DNA from: a virus
Lineage: Duplodnaviria; Caudoviricetes
DNA: 64,000 bases
IMG/VR virus record: IMGVR_UViG_3300009873_000004
Coordinates: 1-64,000 of that record
Strand: one strand, 5' to 3'
Shown in pieces: positions 26,754 to 35,449 of the stretch; within the stretch, counting starts at the first letter, position 1, and each line of letters begins with the position of its first letter. Under the pieces are notes generated by a model that had not been told where the DNA came from, searched no databases, and saw only the letters and a program-made list of their open reading frames with translations. The translations under genes were made by a program, and so were the position numbers.

Positions 26754-27755
26754 TTAGCTTTCTGTCAACACCTTCTCCAGCCGGGTGATGACCTCCGGCC
26801 AGCGATAGCGAGCGGCCGTGTCCGGCCCGGTTTTGGCGAACTTCTGGCGCAGATCGCGGTCGTGGTTGAGCCGTTCCAGCGCCTTGACCAGCCCGAGCGC
26901 GTCATCGGCCACCAGGCAGTTTTCCTCCGGCTGGAGGTACTCATGGTTGCCATGGCTGTCAGTCGTGACGACCGGCGTGCCGCAGGCCATGGCCTCTAGC
27001 GCGGTCAGGTTGAAGCCCTCGTGCTGGGAGGTGGACAGGAAGGCCTGGCAGCTTTGATAGAGCTTGAGCACCGCGTCGTCGGGCGGGCGCGAGAAGTGCT
27101 GGGAGACCGGCACGATCATGGGCAGTTTCTTGTCCAGCCCGTAGGTGATGATCTTGCCCCCGCTCTGGGTGATGTAGCGGATGCACTCGCACAGCAGGTC
27201 CCAGCCCTTGAGAGCCTGCATCCGGGCGCAGGCCAGGAAGACTCCGCCATGACGCTTGTCCTTCTTGGGAGGCCGCCAATCATTCCCCAGCCCGATGCCG
27301 ATGTGCAGGGTGCCCGGCAGTTGCGCTTCCACCCAGCGGCTGGTCGTCACCTGAAGCAGGCCCATCTCATACGTCTGCATGACCTGCTTGGCCCACACCG
27401 GCTGGGAAGTGTACGACGTCTCCACGTCCTGGATCAGATAGACGCCCTCGTCCTGCTGGGCGGCCTGGTCGACGATGTAGGCCGTGCGCCAGTAGGTCGC
27501 CATCTTCCAGCCGCGCTGCTTTTGAAGCAGCACCCCCAGCGGCTGGTAGTCAGCGATCGTGCCGGTCTTGAAGAAGTCGACCCACTTGACCTGCGGGTCG
27601 AGCTTGAACCAGTCGGTCAGGGTCTCGCGCTTATTGACCGACCAGATCGTCACCGGCCACTCACGCCGCGACAGGCGATTGGCGATCTCGCCCACCACCC
27701 GCACGCCCCCGGCCAGGCTGCCGGTCTCCAGGACGATGTGGACCGGGCGCTTCAC
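26754..27755 (-). CDS. glycosyltransferase, GT4 (GT-B)
   Basis: SLAGGVRV N-terminus; FLSTSQHEGFNLTALEAMACGTPVV motif. Confidence 0.92.
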   Translation of the reverse strand: MKRPVHIVLETGSLAGGVRVVGEIANRLSRREWPVTIWSVNKRETLTDWFKLDPQVKWVDFFKTGTIADYQPLGVLLQKQRGWKMATYWRTAYIVDQAAQQDEGVYLIQDVETSYTSQPVWAKQVMQTYEMGLLQVTTSRWVEAQLPGTLHIGIGLGNDWRPPKKDKRHGGVFLACARMQALKGWDLLCECIRYITQSGGKIITYGLDKKLPMIVPVSQHFSRPPDDAVLKLYQSCQAFLSTSQHEGFNLTALEAMACGTPVVTTDSHGNHEYLQPEENCLVADDALGLVKALERLNHDRDLRQKFAKTGPDTAARYRWPEVITRLEKVLTES

Positions 27756-28591
27756 GCCGCCACCTGTTCGTCAAAGGCCCGCTGGCGCTCCAGGGCAGCC
27801 TGGATGTAATCGGTCATGTAGCGCGGGTGGGTGCCGCTGAAAGGCTGGAACTCTCCCCGGCTGGCGGCCACGTCGAAGACGCGCATGTAGTCGAGATACC
27901 CCTGCTCCCACTGGGCCTTGACCTTGGGATCGGGGAAGCCCAGTTCGGTGTAAAGCTCCTGGAAGGAGCGCTCCTTCTCCAGCGCCTCGGGCATGCGCCC
28001 GGTGTGGACCTTGCCGTAGTGCATGATTTGCAGGCGGGTCTGCCATTCGGCCCCGCCGCCCAGGGCGCAGGCATCCCCGCCCTTGCCGGTGTCATAGCGC
28101 AGCCCGGCGTGCGTGCGCGAGAGCACCGCCTTGGAGTCATAGATAAACGGGAAGGTGGTCCCAAAGTCCGGGCAGAAGTGAGTGTAGGTTGGCCGCCCGA
28201 GCGGCACCCGCCGCAGGGCCATCGAGCCCAGGTCGTGCCGGAAGGCTTCGAAGCTGGCTTCGTGGATGACCTCGTCGGCGTCGAGCTTGAGCGCGAACTC
28301 ATAGCGCGTGCCGATCTCGTTCAGCAGGAAGTTGCAGATGTAGGCCTGGATGGTGTGGTGGTCGCCCCAGGGATGGCGGCGCAGGTTGAGTTCGCCGTTG
28401 GCGATCTCGCGGTTGAAGCGGGTGGTGATGCGCAGCAGCGAGTCGTCAATGCTGTCGCACTCGCCGTAGTAGACCGCCCCCTGCCCGTTCACAAAGCGCG
28501 TCAGGTCCAGGGCGCTCTCGATCGACTCCAGATAGGGATAGCGGATCTTCTCAAGGTTGTGCCCGAACAGGTAAACCGCAAGCGTGTCCAT
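27752..28591 (-). CDS. glycosyltransferase-like protein (GT-A)
   Basis: YPYLESIES, ECDSID, LDADE (DxD), IMHYG. Confidence 0.7.
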   Translation of the reverse strand: MDTLAVYLFGHNLEKIRYPYLESIESALDLTRFVNGQGAVYYGECDSIDDSLLRITTRFNREIANGELNLRRHPWGDHHTIQAYICNFLLNEIGTRYEFALKLDADEVIHEASFEAFRHDLGSMALRRVPLGRPTYTHFCPDFGTTFPFIYDSKAVLSRTHAGLRYDTGKGGDACALGGGAEWQTRLQIMHYGKVHTGRMPEALEKERSFQELYTELGFPDPKVKAQWEQGYLDYMRVFDVAASRGEFQPFSGTHPRYMTDYIQAALERQRAFDEQVAA

Positions 28592-28593
28592 GC

Positions 28594-29298
28594 CTATTCT
28601 CCTGGTCCGGTGAAGATGAGCGGGCGAACGTAATCGGGCAAGGGCTTGATAATTCCGAGCTTGTGGGCGTTCTCTACCCGACCGATGTACTCATGCCAGG
28701 GTCCGATCCCGATCTCGCCCTGGTGAACCTGATAGCGCCAGCCCTTGGCGATCAACTTCTCGCGAGAGGCGCAGGAGGTGTGGTCGAAGAAGTACACCCC
28801 CTGAGCCAGCATCTTGATCCTGAGCTTCTCAGCCTGTGGCTCGGTATGCACTCGCTGGGAAAAATGGACGCCCGGCAGGCGCTTGAAGAGCCGCTGGGCC
28901 GGTCCTTCGCCTCCGGCGTGGTGATAGCGGTCCAGGATAGTCGACCACTTCAAGAACTCCCAGATGTGCCCGTCGCGCCAGTTGGAGGTGCGCAGCCACT
29001 CGGCGAAGTTGCTGGTGAAGGTCTCGTCAGCGTCCAGGTAAAGGATCCATTCTGAGGTGAGCGGCTCAAGAGCCAGATTGCGAAGTTTTCCGTGATGGCT
29101 ATGACGATGCTCGTGCTGTAGCACGATGTTGAGTCGGGATCGAAATGACTCAACAATGGCAAGAGAAGCATCGGTGCTCCCATTATCGACGATCGAGAGG
29201 GTGCCCAGCAGGTCGCCCAAGGAGCAGAAGCTCTCCAGGGCGTAGGGCAGCAGTTCTTCTTCGTTGAGCAGGATCAGGAAGGCATCCAGCAGGCTCAT
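28594..29298 (-). CDS. glycosyltransferase, GT2
   Basis: LNEEELLP, IVDNGSTDAS, RNLAL, WILYLDADE. Confidence 0.9.
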   Translation of the reverse strand: MSLLDAFLILLNEEELLPYALESFCSLGDLLGTLSIVDNGSTDASLAIVESFRSRLNIVLQHEHRHSHHGKLRNLALEPLTSEWILYLDADETFTSNFAEWLRTSNWRDGHIWEFLKWSTILDRYHHAGGEGPAQRLFKRLPGVHFSQRVHTEPQAEKLRIKMLAQGVYFFDHTSCASREKLIAKGWRYQVHQGEIGIGPWHEYIGRVENAHKLGIIKPLPDYVRPLIFTGPGE

Positions 29299-29564
29299 TT
29301 CACACAGATCGCGGTGGCCGGGAAGAGCGGGTCGAGCGTGACCCGCAGCCCGTAAATCATCTCCACGTCCACCGTCCCAAAGTGATACTCCAGGGAGATC
29401 GGATTGATCACCAGTTCGACCGGGACCTGGCCGAAGTTGGCATGGTGATCCAGGATCACCCGGACCAGATCGTACATGCGCTCAAAGCGAGTCAGGCGGC
29501 GCGTGAGTTCCTGGTGGCTCGCCACCGCCTCCAATTCCTCCAAGACCAAGTTCGCCGGTTCCAT
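29295..29564 (-). CDS. hypothetical protein
   Basis: RBS GAGG before MEPANL; ATGA overlap with the GT2 gene. Confidence 0.6.
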   Translation of the reverse strand: MEPANLVLEELEAVASHQELTRRLTRFERMYDLVRVILDHHANFGQVPVELVINPISLEYHFGTVDVEMIYGLRVTLDPLFPATAICVK

Positions 29565-31014
29565 ATTCGCCTCGCGCTCCAATGTCGGACTCTCTCACCC
29601 CCCAGTCCATAATATCCACCTGCTTGAGTTTCTTGCCCCCCGCCTTCAGTTCATAGCGGCTCGACGCCCACTTGAGCAGCCGCTCGATCAGCCATTTCTC
29701 CAGCCGGAAGTGGGTAAAGAAGCGCTTGCGCCAGCGCCAGGAGGCCAGGGCTTCAAGCGGCCAAATAAATGCCCGTCGCCAACCTGGAAAGTTGCGTTCA
29801 GTTTTGTCGCCGCGACCACGATGAAAATGCAGTCCGCCGATGTGATACAGGTTAGAGGCCCGCACGTCCAGGGTCTGGTTGAGTGAATAGTTGGACCACT
29901 CTGCCATTGTTTGGGGCAGGGAATCCGGATCCACCAACTCAAATAGCGGACTGCCAGGGAGCGCCACATAGGCGTAAAAGTTCTGCGTAAGTCGGCCGTC
30001 ATGGATACGATTGAGCCGATCCGCCTGGTCCAGAGTCTCATTGATCTCCTCGGGAGTCTCGGTCGGGAAGCCGGTGATCCAGTAATACAAGGGCCAGATG
30101 CCGTGGTTGGCGAGCGCCTGCGCACAGCGAACCTGGTCGTCCCGCGTAATGTCTTTCTCTGTGAGTTCGAGCATCCGCTTGCTGGCCGTCTCCATGCCGA
30201 TGGAGATGTGCTTGATGCCCATGTCGGCCATTTCGCGAGCCACTTCATCTGTGACCTGGTGGGCTCGGATCGACGGGCGGTACTCAATGCCAAGGTCCCG
30301 CAGGTAGCGGATGATCTCTCGGGCTCGGGGCCAGCGACCAATCCAATCGTCACCATGCTCGTATTTCCTGACGCCAGCGTTCTCCAATAGATACTTTACA
30401 TCCCACTTCCAGCGATCCAGGTCGACCGATTGCCAACTGCGCTCGAAGAACTGCTGGATGTAGCAGAAGCCGCACCGAAACGGGCAACCCCTGGACGTCA
30501 TCAAGACGCTGTCGCCGGTTCGGGCGGAACGACGAAAGTGAAGGAGGGTGTGTGGACTAACCGGGGAAACATGGTCAGCAGTTCCTGACAGATGTCCATG
30601 GGCACGTTGTTTAGGTCCACCGTGTATAGCTTCAAGGACTGCCCACTCTCCCTCTGAAAGAACCACAGCGTCAACGTAGTCTTCTGCCAGGCACTGGTCG
30701 GGCTGCATGGTGACATGGATACCGCCCAGGATAGTTCGCTTGCCATGCGCCTTGGCTCCTTTGAGGATCTCGATCGCGCCCTGTAACTGGTAGCCCGTCA
30801 TCGACGACACGCCTACCACGTCCGGCCAGGACAGGTCCGGCCAGGGATCGTAGCGCCCATCCCAATAGCGCACGTCGTAGGTCTCATCGCTCTTGCCCCT
30901 GGCTTTTGCTTCGACCAGCGCCTGGCCGACGTGCAGGATCGAAAGCGGCGGGCTCTTCTGCGGCGAGCTAACCGATGGTCGCGGGTAGGCCAGCAGGACT
31001 TTAGTCGTGCCCAT
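29482..31014 (-). CDS. B12-binding radical SAM enzyme (class B methylase-like)
   Basis: PPLSIL...VVGVSSMTG...ILGGIHVT cobalamin-binding domain; SRGCPFRCGFC (CxxxCxxC); GMETAS; ITGFPTET. Confidence 0.92.
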   Translation of the reverse strand: MGTTKVLLAYPRPSVSSPQKSPPLSILHVGQALVEAKARGKSDETYDVRYWDGRYDPWPDLSWPDVVGVSSMTGYQLQGAIEILKGAKAHGKRTILGGIHVTMQPDQCLAEDYVDAVVLSEGEWAVLEAIHGGPKQRAHGHLSGTADHVSPVSPHTLLHFRRSARTGDSVLMTSRGCPFRCGFCYIQQFFERSWQSVDLDRWKWDVKYLLENAGVRKYEHGDDWIGRWPRAREIIRYLRDLGIEYRPSIRAHQVTDEVAREMADMGIKHISIGMETASKRMLELTEKDITRDDQVRCAQALANHGIWPLYYWITGFPTETPEEINETLDQADRLNRIHDGRLTQNFYAYVALPGSPLFELVDPDSLPQTMAEWSNYSLNQTLDVRASNLYHIGGLHFHRGRGDKTERNFPGWRRAFIWPLEALASWRWRKRFFTHFRLEKWLIERLLKWASSRYELKAGGKKLKQVDIMDWGVRESDIGARGEYGTGELGLGGIGGGGEPPGTHAPPDSL

Positions 31015-31936
31015 CGGCAATACTTTCCAGATAGCTGTCCCAGCGCCGGACGGTGATGCCCGGATCGAAATGGGTCAGTGTCCAATTGTAGGCCGGGTCG
31101 ACCATTTCCAGGTAGGGAGCCGGGTCCCTCAGAAAGGCGTGGATGTGGTTGACGAACTCTTCCGAGTTGCGGGCGAAGTGGGCGAAGCCGCCCGTCGTCT
31201 CGCGCAGGGCCGGAATGTCCTGGCATATGACCGGCACCCTGCCCATCTGCGCCTGGGCGACGGAGGTGCAGCAGCACTCGTCCCGTGTGGGGAAGACGAA
31301 CAACTTCAGGTTGCGATAGAAGATCTTGGGGTTGACCCAGCCGGTGATCAGGCAGTTGGACGGCGCTCGCTTCTGGCAGACTTCCAGCAACGGCCCGTCT
31401 CCGGCTAGGGCAAAGGGCTGTGCTGCAAAGACCCAGGCCAGGGCGATAAACTCCAGCGGGCACTTCTCGTCCGCCAGGCGGCTGAGTTTTCCGATCACGG
31501 TCGGGGTTACTTCCGGATCGCGTTCCATGCGCTCAACGATCGCGTAGATCGTGGTGCGGTTGGGCATGCGCAGGTTGCGCTCGGAGGCCAGATGGCTCAT
31601 CGCCACAAAACCGTCCACCAGTTCGGGCGGGGTCGGGCTGGCCGCGATCGAGTGCATGCACTCCACGAACTTCGCCCCCCACTCGTGCGCCAATCTGGCG
31701 TTGTCGGCATAGCTCCAGCCGCCAACCGTGTGGCCGACGACGACTTTGTAAGTGCTCTTGAGTTCTTCCGGGGGTCCGCCTGGGAATAGGCGCATGCCCT
31801 CCAAGCGCATCTGCTCGGCCATTGAGCCATCCGCCGCCCAGAAGTCGTGAACATGCTTGGAGTGCCGGTGCAGGCGCAGCAGGTTGGCCTGGATGCCGCC
31901 CCTATGACTCACGTCGAGACAATGAAGAATATTCAT
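31001..31936 (-). CDS. glycosyltransferase, GT4
   Basis: MNILHCLD...RGG start; LFVFPTRDECCCTSVAQAQMGRVPVI variant of the EGFG..EA motif; ATGA overlap with the HNH stop. Confidence 0.85.
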   Translation of the reverse strand: MNILHCLDVSHRGGIQANLLRLHRHSKHVHDFWAADGSMAEQMRLEGMRLFPGGPPEELKSTYKVVVGHTVGGWSYADNARLAHEWGAKFVECMHSIAASPTPPELVDGFVAMSHLASERNLRMPNRTTIYAIVERMERDPEVTPTVIGKLSRLADEKCPLEFIALAWVFAAQPFALAGDGPLLEVCQKRAPSNCLITGWVNPKIFYRNLKLFVFPTRDECCCTSVAQAQMGRVPVICQDIPALRETTGGFAHFARNSEEFVNHIHAFLRDPAPYLEMVDPAYNWTLTHFDPGITVRRWDSYLESIADGHD

Positions 31937-32545
31937 TCCTTCCACGACCTGCCAACAATAATGGCACTAATGTTTGCCCGTTTGACGCCATAGTTGTCAG
32001 CCAACTGCTGCTGTGTCATCACACGCTCCTTGTAGAGCCTGCGTATTTCTCGCACATCATCCCAGGTCAAAACCGCCCTGGCCGCATTTTCCCCTCTCGG
32101 GTAAGGCGTCTTGCGATTTTTCTTGACTCGCCCCAGGCCATTATCTGTGGCCCGCTTGATATTTTCTAGCTGAGTTACCGGCTCCAGATTGGACGGACAA
32201 TTGTTGTGCTTATTGCAGTCCTTGTGATCGATCTCAAGATCGTCAATAACATCCCCAAAAAAGTAGATGTAGACCACTCGATGCGCCGAGGCCTTGATCG
32301 ACTGCCCGTCCTTGAATGTCGAAAGCCTAAGATAGCGCCCAGCATTCTCTGCTCGCTTTGGCTTTTTGAGTCTGATCCTTCCAGCAAACGGATGGATCCA
32401 CCAATGACGCCAGATTCGGCCTTCATCATCAATCGATAGTGTTCCATTTTGGACCAGACTCAGAAAGAACTTCTCCCCAGGTCGCATTGTCATCTCCTTG
32501 GTAAAAGATGACAATAGTATACAGCAAATGGTGGTATTCAGAAAG
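31901..32545 (-). mobile_element. free-standing HNH element 2 inserted in the GT4 5' end, carrying a recoded replacement start
   Basis: AT-rich 645-bp segment flanked by two versions of MNILHCLD.S.R with different synonymous codons. Confidence 0.85.
31933..32487 (-). CDS. HNH homing endonuclease with C-terminal HTH
   Basis: AHRVVY...IDHKDCNKHNNCPSNLEPVTQLEN; LTWDDVREIRRLY...QQQLADNYGV; RBS AAGGAG; TATACT upstream. Confidence 0.9.
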   Translation of the reverse strand: MRPGEKFFLSLVQNGTLSIDDEGRIWRHWWIHPFAGRIRLKKPKRAENAGRYLRLSTFKDGQSIKASAHRVVYIYFFGDVIDDLEIDHKDCNKHNNCPSNLEPVTQLENIKRATDNGLGRVKKNRKTPYPRGENAARAVLTWDDVREIRRLYKERVMTQQQLADNYGVKRANISAIIVGRSWKE

Positions 32546-32581
32546 CCGGTTGGAATTGTCCAGGCAGTGCAGGATATTCAT
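32546..32581 (-). pseudogene. orphaned original 5' end of GT4 (MNILHCLDNSNR)
   Basis: ATGA overlap with the upstream MTase stop; GC-rich codons ATC CTG CAC TGC CTG GAC. Confidence 0.8.
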
Positions 32582-33231
32582 TTCTTGATCCCCAGCCACC
32601 AGATGACGACCGGATGCAGGCCATCGGGCGGCGTGTTCCAGGAAGGCACTTCCTGCTGCGCCAATCGCACCGGGATCCACTCGCCCGTCATGCCCCGGCT
32701 GATCTTCGAAGCGTACAGTTCCTGGATGATTGCCCGGTTCCCCCAACTGCCGAACTCGACCGTCTCCCACCAGAGCTCCGGGAAGAGAAAGCGGTAGCCG
32801 TCAGGCGAGATCCGCCAGCAGTCCAGGGGAGCCGGGTGAGTTGGATGCAGGTAAGGCGTGGCGACGATCGCCAGCCCACCCGGCTTCAAGACCTTGTAGA
32901 TCTCCAGCGCAGCAGCGAAGATGTTTTGCACATGCTCCAGCACCTGGTCGACGATCAGCACGTCCCAATGGCCGGTCCACTCATTGGGCAGAATCTGAAT
33001 GTCGATCTGTGGGTAGTCACATACCTGGGCCTCCACCCGCTGGCCGTGCAGGGACTTGAGCATGCGAATGATCGACGTCGTCGGCTCCCTGGCCCCGATC
33101 TCCATCACCCGCAAAGGATCGGCCAGCATCATCGTCCGCTTGAGAGTCGCGAAGATGCGCTCGTACATGACATGGCGCACCAGGTCGTGGTGCGCCCAAG
33201 AGCCATCAATCGGCCGCCAGATGTCGCTCAT
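32578..33231 (-). CDS. class I SAM-dependent methyltransferase
   Basis: VMEIG, D...DQVLEHV, YKVLKPGG..IVATP, H..P.DCWR. Confidence 0.85.
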   Translation of the reverse strand: MSDIWRPIDGSWAHHDLVRHVMYERIFATLKRTMMLADPLRVMEIGAREPTTSIIRMLKSLHGQRVEAQVCDYPQIDIQILPNEWTGHWDVLIVDQVLEHVQNIFAAALEIYKVLKPGGLAIVATPYLHPTHPAPLDCWRISPDGYRFLFPELWWETVEFGSWGNRAIIQELYASKISRGMTGEWIPVRLAQQEVPSWNTPPDGLHPVVIWWLGIKK

Positions 33232-33812
33232 GCTCGCCCCAGCAACATCCCGTTCCAGTCCAGCCAGTGGCAATGTCGGTAAATGGGGTCTTGGTGAATG
33301 TGGGCCTGGATCTGATCGCTCAGTGCATGCTTGTGAATGCCGTGCTGGCCGAACTTCTCCAGCCAGTATTCCTTGGTCGCTTCGCCGTAATGCCCCTCAC
33401 CCCCCTGCCCCGGCCGGGCCGCCGAGAAGTAGATCAGCGGAGCGCACTTGACCAGGGTAGCGACCAGCGTGTCGTGAAACTCGAAGTGCAGGTGCTCGCC
33501 GACTTCGATGCACAGGGCTAGATCAAAGACTTGGGGCGGGTCCCAGGCGGCCCGTAGATCAACAATTTGGAACTCTTCTGGAGCCACGGATTCCCCGCCT
33601 GCCGGACAGCCGTCGATCGCCAGGACCTGGCAACCACGTTCCTTGAATGGGACGAGATAAATGCCCGGCCCAGCGCCCACATCAATAACAGACTTAGGCT
33701 GAAGCCGGTCATGCAGTAAAGCGCCCAGCGCCATGGCTTGCTCAGTTTCATGTTTGAGCACCTCCTTCATCAGCCAGGTGTATTCTTCGAGATTGAAATA
33801 GCGCTCGGTCAT
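33228..33812 (-). CDS. class I SAM-dependent methyltransferase
   Basis: VIDVGAGPG, FDLALCIEVGEHL, YFSAARPGQGGEGH. Confidence 0.88.
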   Translation of the reverse strand: MTERYFNLEEYTWLMKEVLKHETEQAMALGALLHDRLQPKSVIDVGAGPGIYLVPFKERGCQVLAIDGCPAGGESVAPEEFQIVDLRAAWDPPQVFDLALCIEVGEHLHFEFHDTLVATLVKCAPLIYFSAARPGQGGEGHYGEATKEYWLEKFGQHGIHKHALSDQIQAHIHQDPIYRHCHWLDWNGMLLGRA

Positions 33813-34021
33813 GCCAGCCTCGCCCAGGTCTCCACCGCCAGCTTGAAACGATCGAAGTCTGGATGGGCGCGGTGGATCGAGTAGGTCGCCACCTCTTCGC
33901 CGTTTGCCAGCAGGAAGTGCGCCCGCAGCATGATCCCGTCGTCGCGCATCTCGACCTTATCGGCTTCGATGTGCAGGTGCTTGCCGTCGATCCTCCGTCC
34001 TTTGAAGACGAACTCTTTCAT
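33809..34021 (-). CDS. hypothetical protein
   Basis: 70-aa ORF coupled by ATGA overlaps. Confidence 0.6.
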   Translation of the reverse strand: MKEFVFKGRRIDGKHLHIEADKVEMRDDGIMLRAHFLLANGEEVATYSIHRAHPDFDRFKLAVETWARLA

Positions 34022-34263
34022 CTTTCCCTCAATGGAGTTGCCGGATTGTCTACGTACAGTTGCATTTCTCCTATCTTACCCAGCATTTCTTTGGACGTTT
34101 TCAAGAGAGATGCGTACATTTCCCTGAAGTAAGGCGATAGGAGCAGTTGTTGCTCCTTGCCAAACATTTCCGAACCAACATTCACGGTCTGCCTAACAAG
34201 CCCCATGAAGACTTTCAGAAACTCCTCGTCACTTTCGTTTACGTCGATTCTGACAGTCTTCAT
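34018..34263 (-). CDS. hypothetical protein (AT-rich)
   Basis: MKTVRIDV start overlaps the GT stop. Confidence 0.55.
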   Translation of the reverse strand: MKTVRIDVNESDEEFLKVFMGLVRQTVNVGSEMFGKEQQLLLSPYFREMYASLLKTSKEMLGKIGEMQLYVDNPATPLRER

Positions 34264-35159
34264 CCGAACACCTCCCGCAGTTCCAGAGTTGTAGCCTCGG
34301 CTGTGTAGCACAGGCTCCAGTCATAGGCCTGCTGGCGGATCCGCTCGCGAGCAGTCTCATCCCCGCGCAGGAGCTTGAGCCCGTCGACCACTTCAGCCAC
34401 AAAGCGCGAGGGCGAGCCGTGCCCGCCGTTGTCGGGATCCTGCACCACCCAGGCCGTCTCGCGGTGGAACATGAACTCGTTTCCGCCACCCCCGGTCGTG
34501 CCGACCACCACCGCCCCCGAGCGCATCGCTTCCAGGCAGGCCATCGGAAAGCCTTCCGGGTGAGTCAGGTGGGCGTAGTAGTCGCATTCGGCCAGCAGGT
34601 CGGCCAACTGGGCCTGGGTCTGCGGCTCGGTCACGTAGACCACGCCAAAGCCTTCGGCCTCCAGCGCCACTTTGAGCATCTGGTGGTAGGGATTGCGCCG
34701 GGCCATGACCAACACCCAGTTCTTCTGCTTGATGCCCACGCGCCAGGGAGAGAGTTCCAGGAAAGGCGTCACCTTGCGCAGGGCCTTGACATCGAAGACG
34801 CGCTGCATGTGGTTTGCCAGGAAGCGCGAGCAGACCAGCACCTCGCCCGGATCGCGCAGAAACTCCAGCCGGTCTAGCCAGACGTAGTTCTGCACGAAAC
34901 ACAACGAGCGCACCCCGTCACGATGGATATGCGGCCAGAGCACTTCCGGCACCACCAGCACATCCCCCTGCCCCAGGCGGATCTCGGTCGTCAGATACCG
35001 GCGCGGAATGGGATTAGCATCCCACCAGGCCAGGTAGTCGTTCGTCTTCTGCCAGGCCAGGGCGGGCAGACCGGCCTGGTTGAGCAGATCCACCAACTTG
35101 TAGAGAAACCAGACTCCGCCTGAAGGCGTGTCGGGTTTGGGCACATGAAAATAGATCAC
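34260..35159 (-). CDS. glycosyltransferase, GT4-like
   Basis: PSGGV N-terminus; VVPE; FVQN; HPEGFPMACLEAMRSGAVVVG. Confidence 0.88.
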   Translation of the reverse strand: MIYFHVPKPDTPSGGVWFLYKLVDLLNQAGLPALAWQKTNDYLAWWDANPIPRRYLTTEIRLGQGDVLVVPEVLWPHIHRDGVRSLCFVQNYVWLDRLEFLRDPGEVLVCSRFLANHMQRVFDVKALRKVTPFLELSPWRVGIKQKNWVLVMARRNPYHQMLKVALEAEGFGVVYVTEPQTQAQLADLLAECDYYAHLTHPEGFPMACLEAMRSGAVVVGTTGGGGNEFMFHRETAWVVQDPDNGGHGSPSRFVAEVVDGLKLLRGDETARERIRQQAYDWSLCYTAEATTLELREVFG

Positions 35160-35449
35160 CGAACGACCACCTTTCGAGTCCGAGGCCTGATTCCCAGCAG
35201 GCGAGCCCAGAATCCCGGATCGTCATCTTCATAGTCGGTTGCCTCAAAGCGCACCTGGCCCGGACGCTCAGGTGCTCGCTCGTCGACGCTGGCTCCACAT
35301 TCTTGACACTTGATCTGTCTCTTCTGACTGCCGCAGTAGGCGCAGATCCGCTCCAGACCCTGGTAATTCGGCCAGATGCGTAGGGTTGCCATTGAACCCG
35401 AGGTCGGCACATAACTCAACGCTGGCTGGTCAACATAGATAACGCTCAT
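35156..35449 (-). CDS. hypothetical Zn-ribbon protein
   Basis: CAYCG...CQECG. Confidence 0.6.
   Translation of the reverse strand: MSVIYVDQPALSYVPTSGSMATLRIWPNYQGLERICAYCGSQKRQIKCQECGASVDERAPERPGQVRFEATDYEDDDPGFWARLLGIRPRTRKVVVR

Noticed and set aside
31901-32581. Group I intron explanation for the two HNH inserts
   Set aside because: Splicing would not need a duplicated N-terminus with its own RBS or ATGA coupling, no P/Q/R/S core was recognised, and element 1 has the HNH antisense. Not formally excluded without RT-PCR
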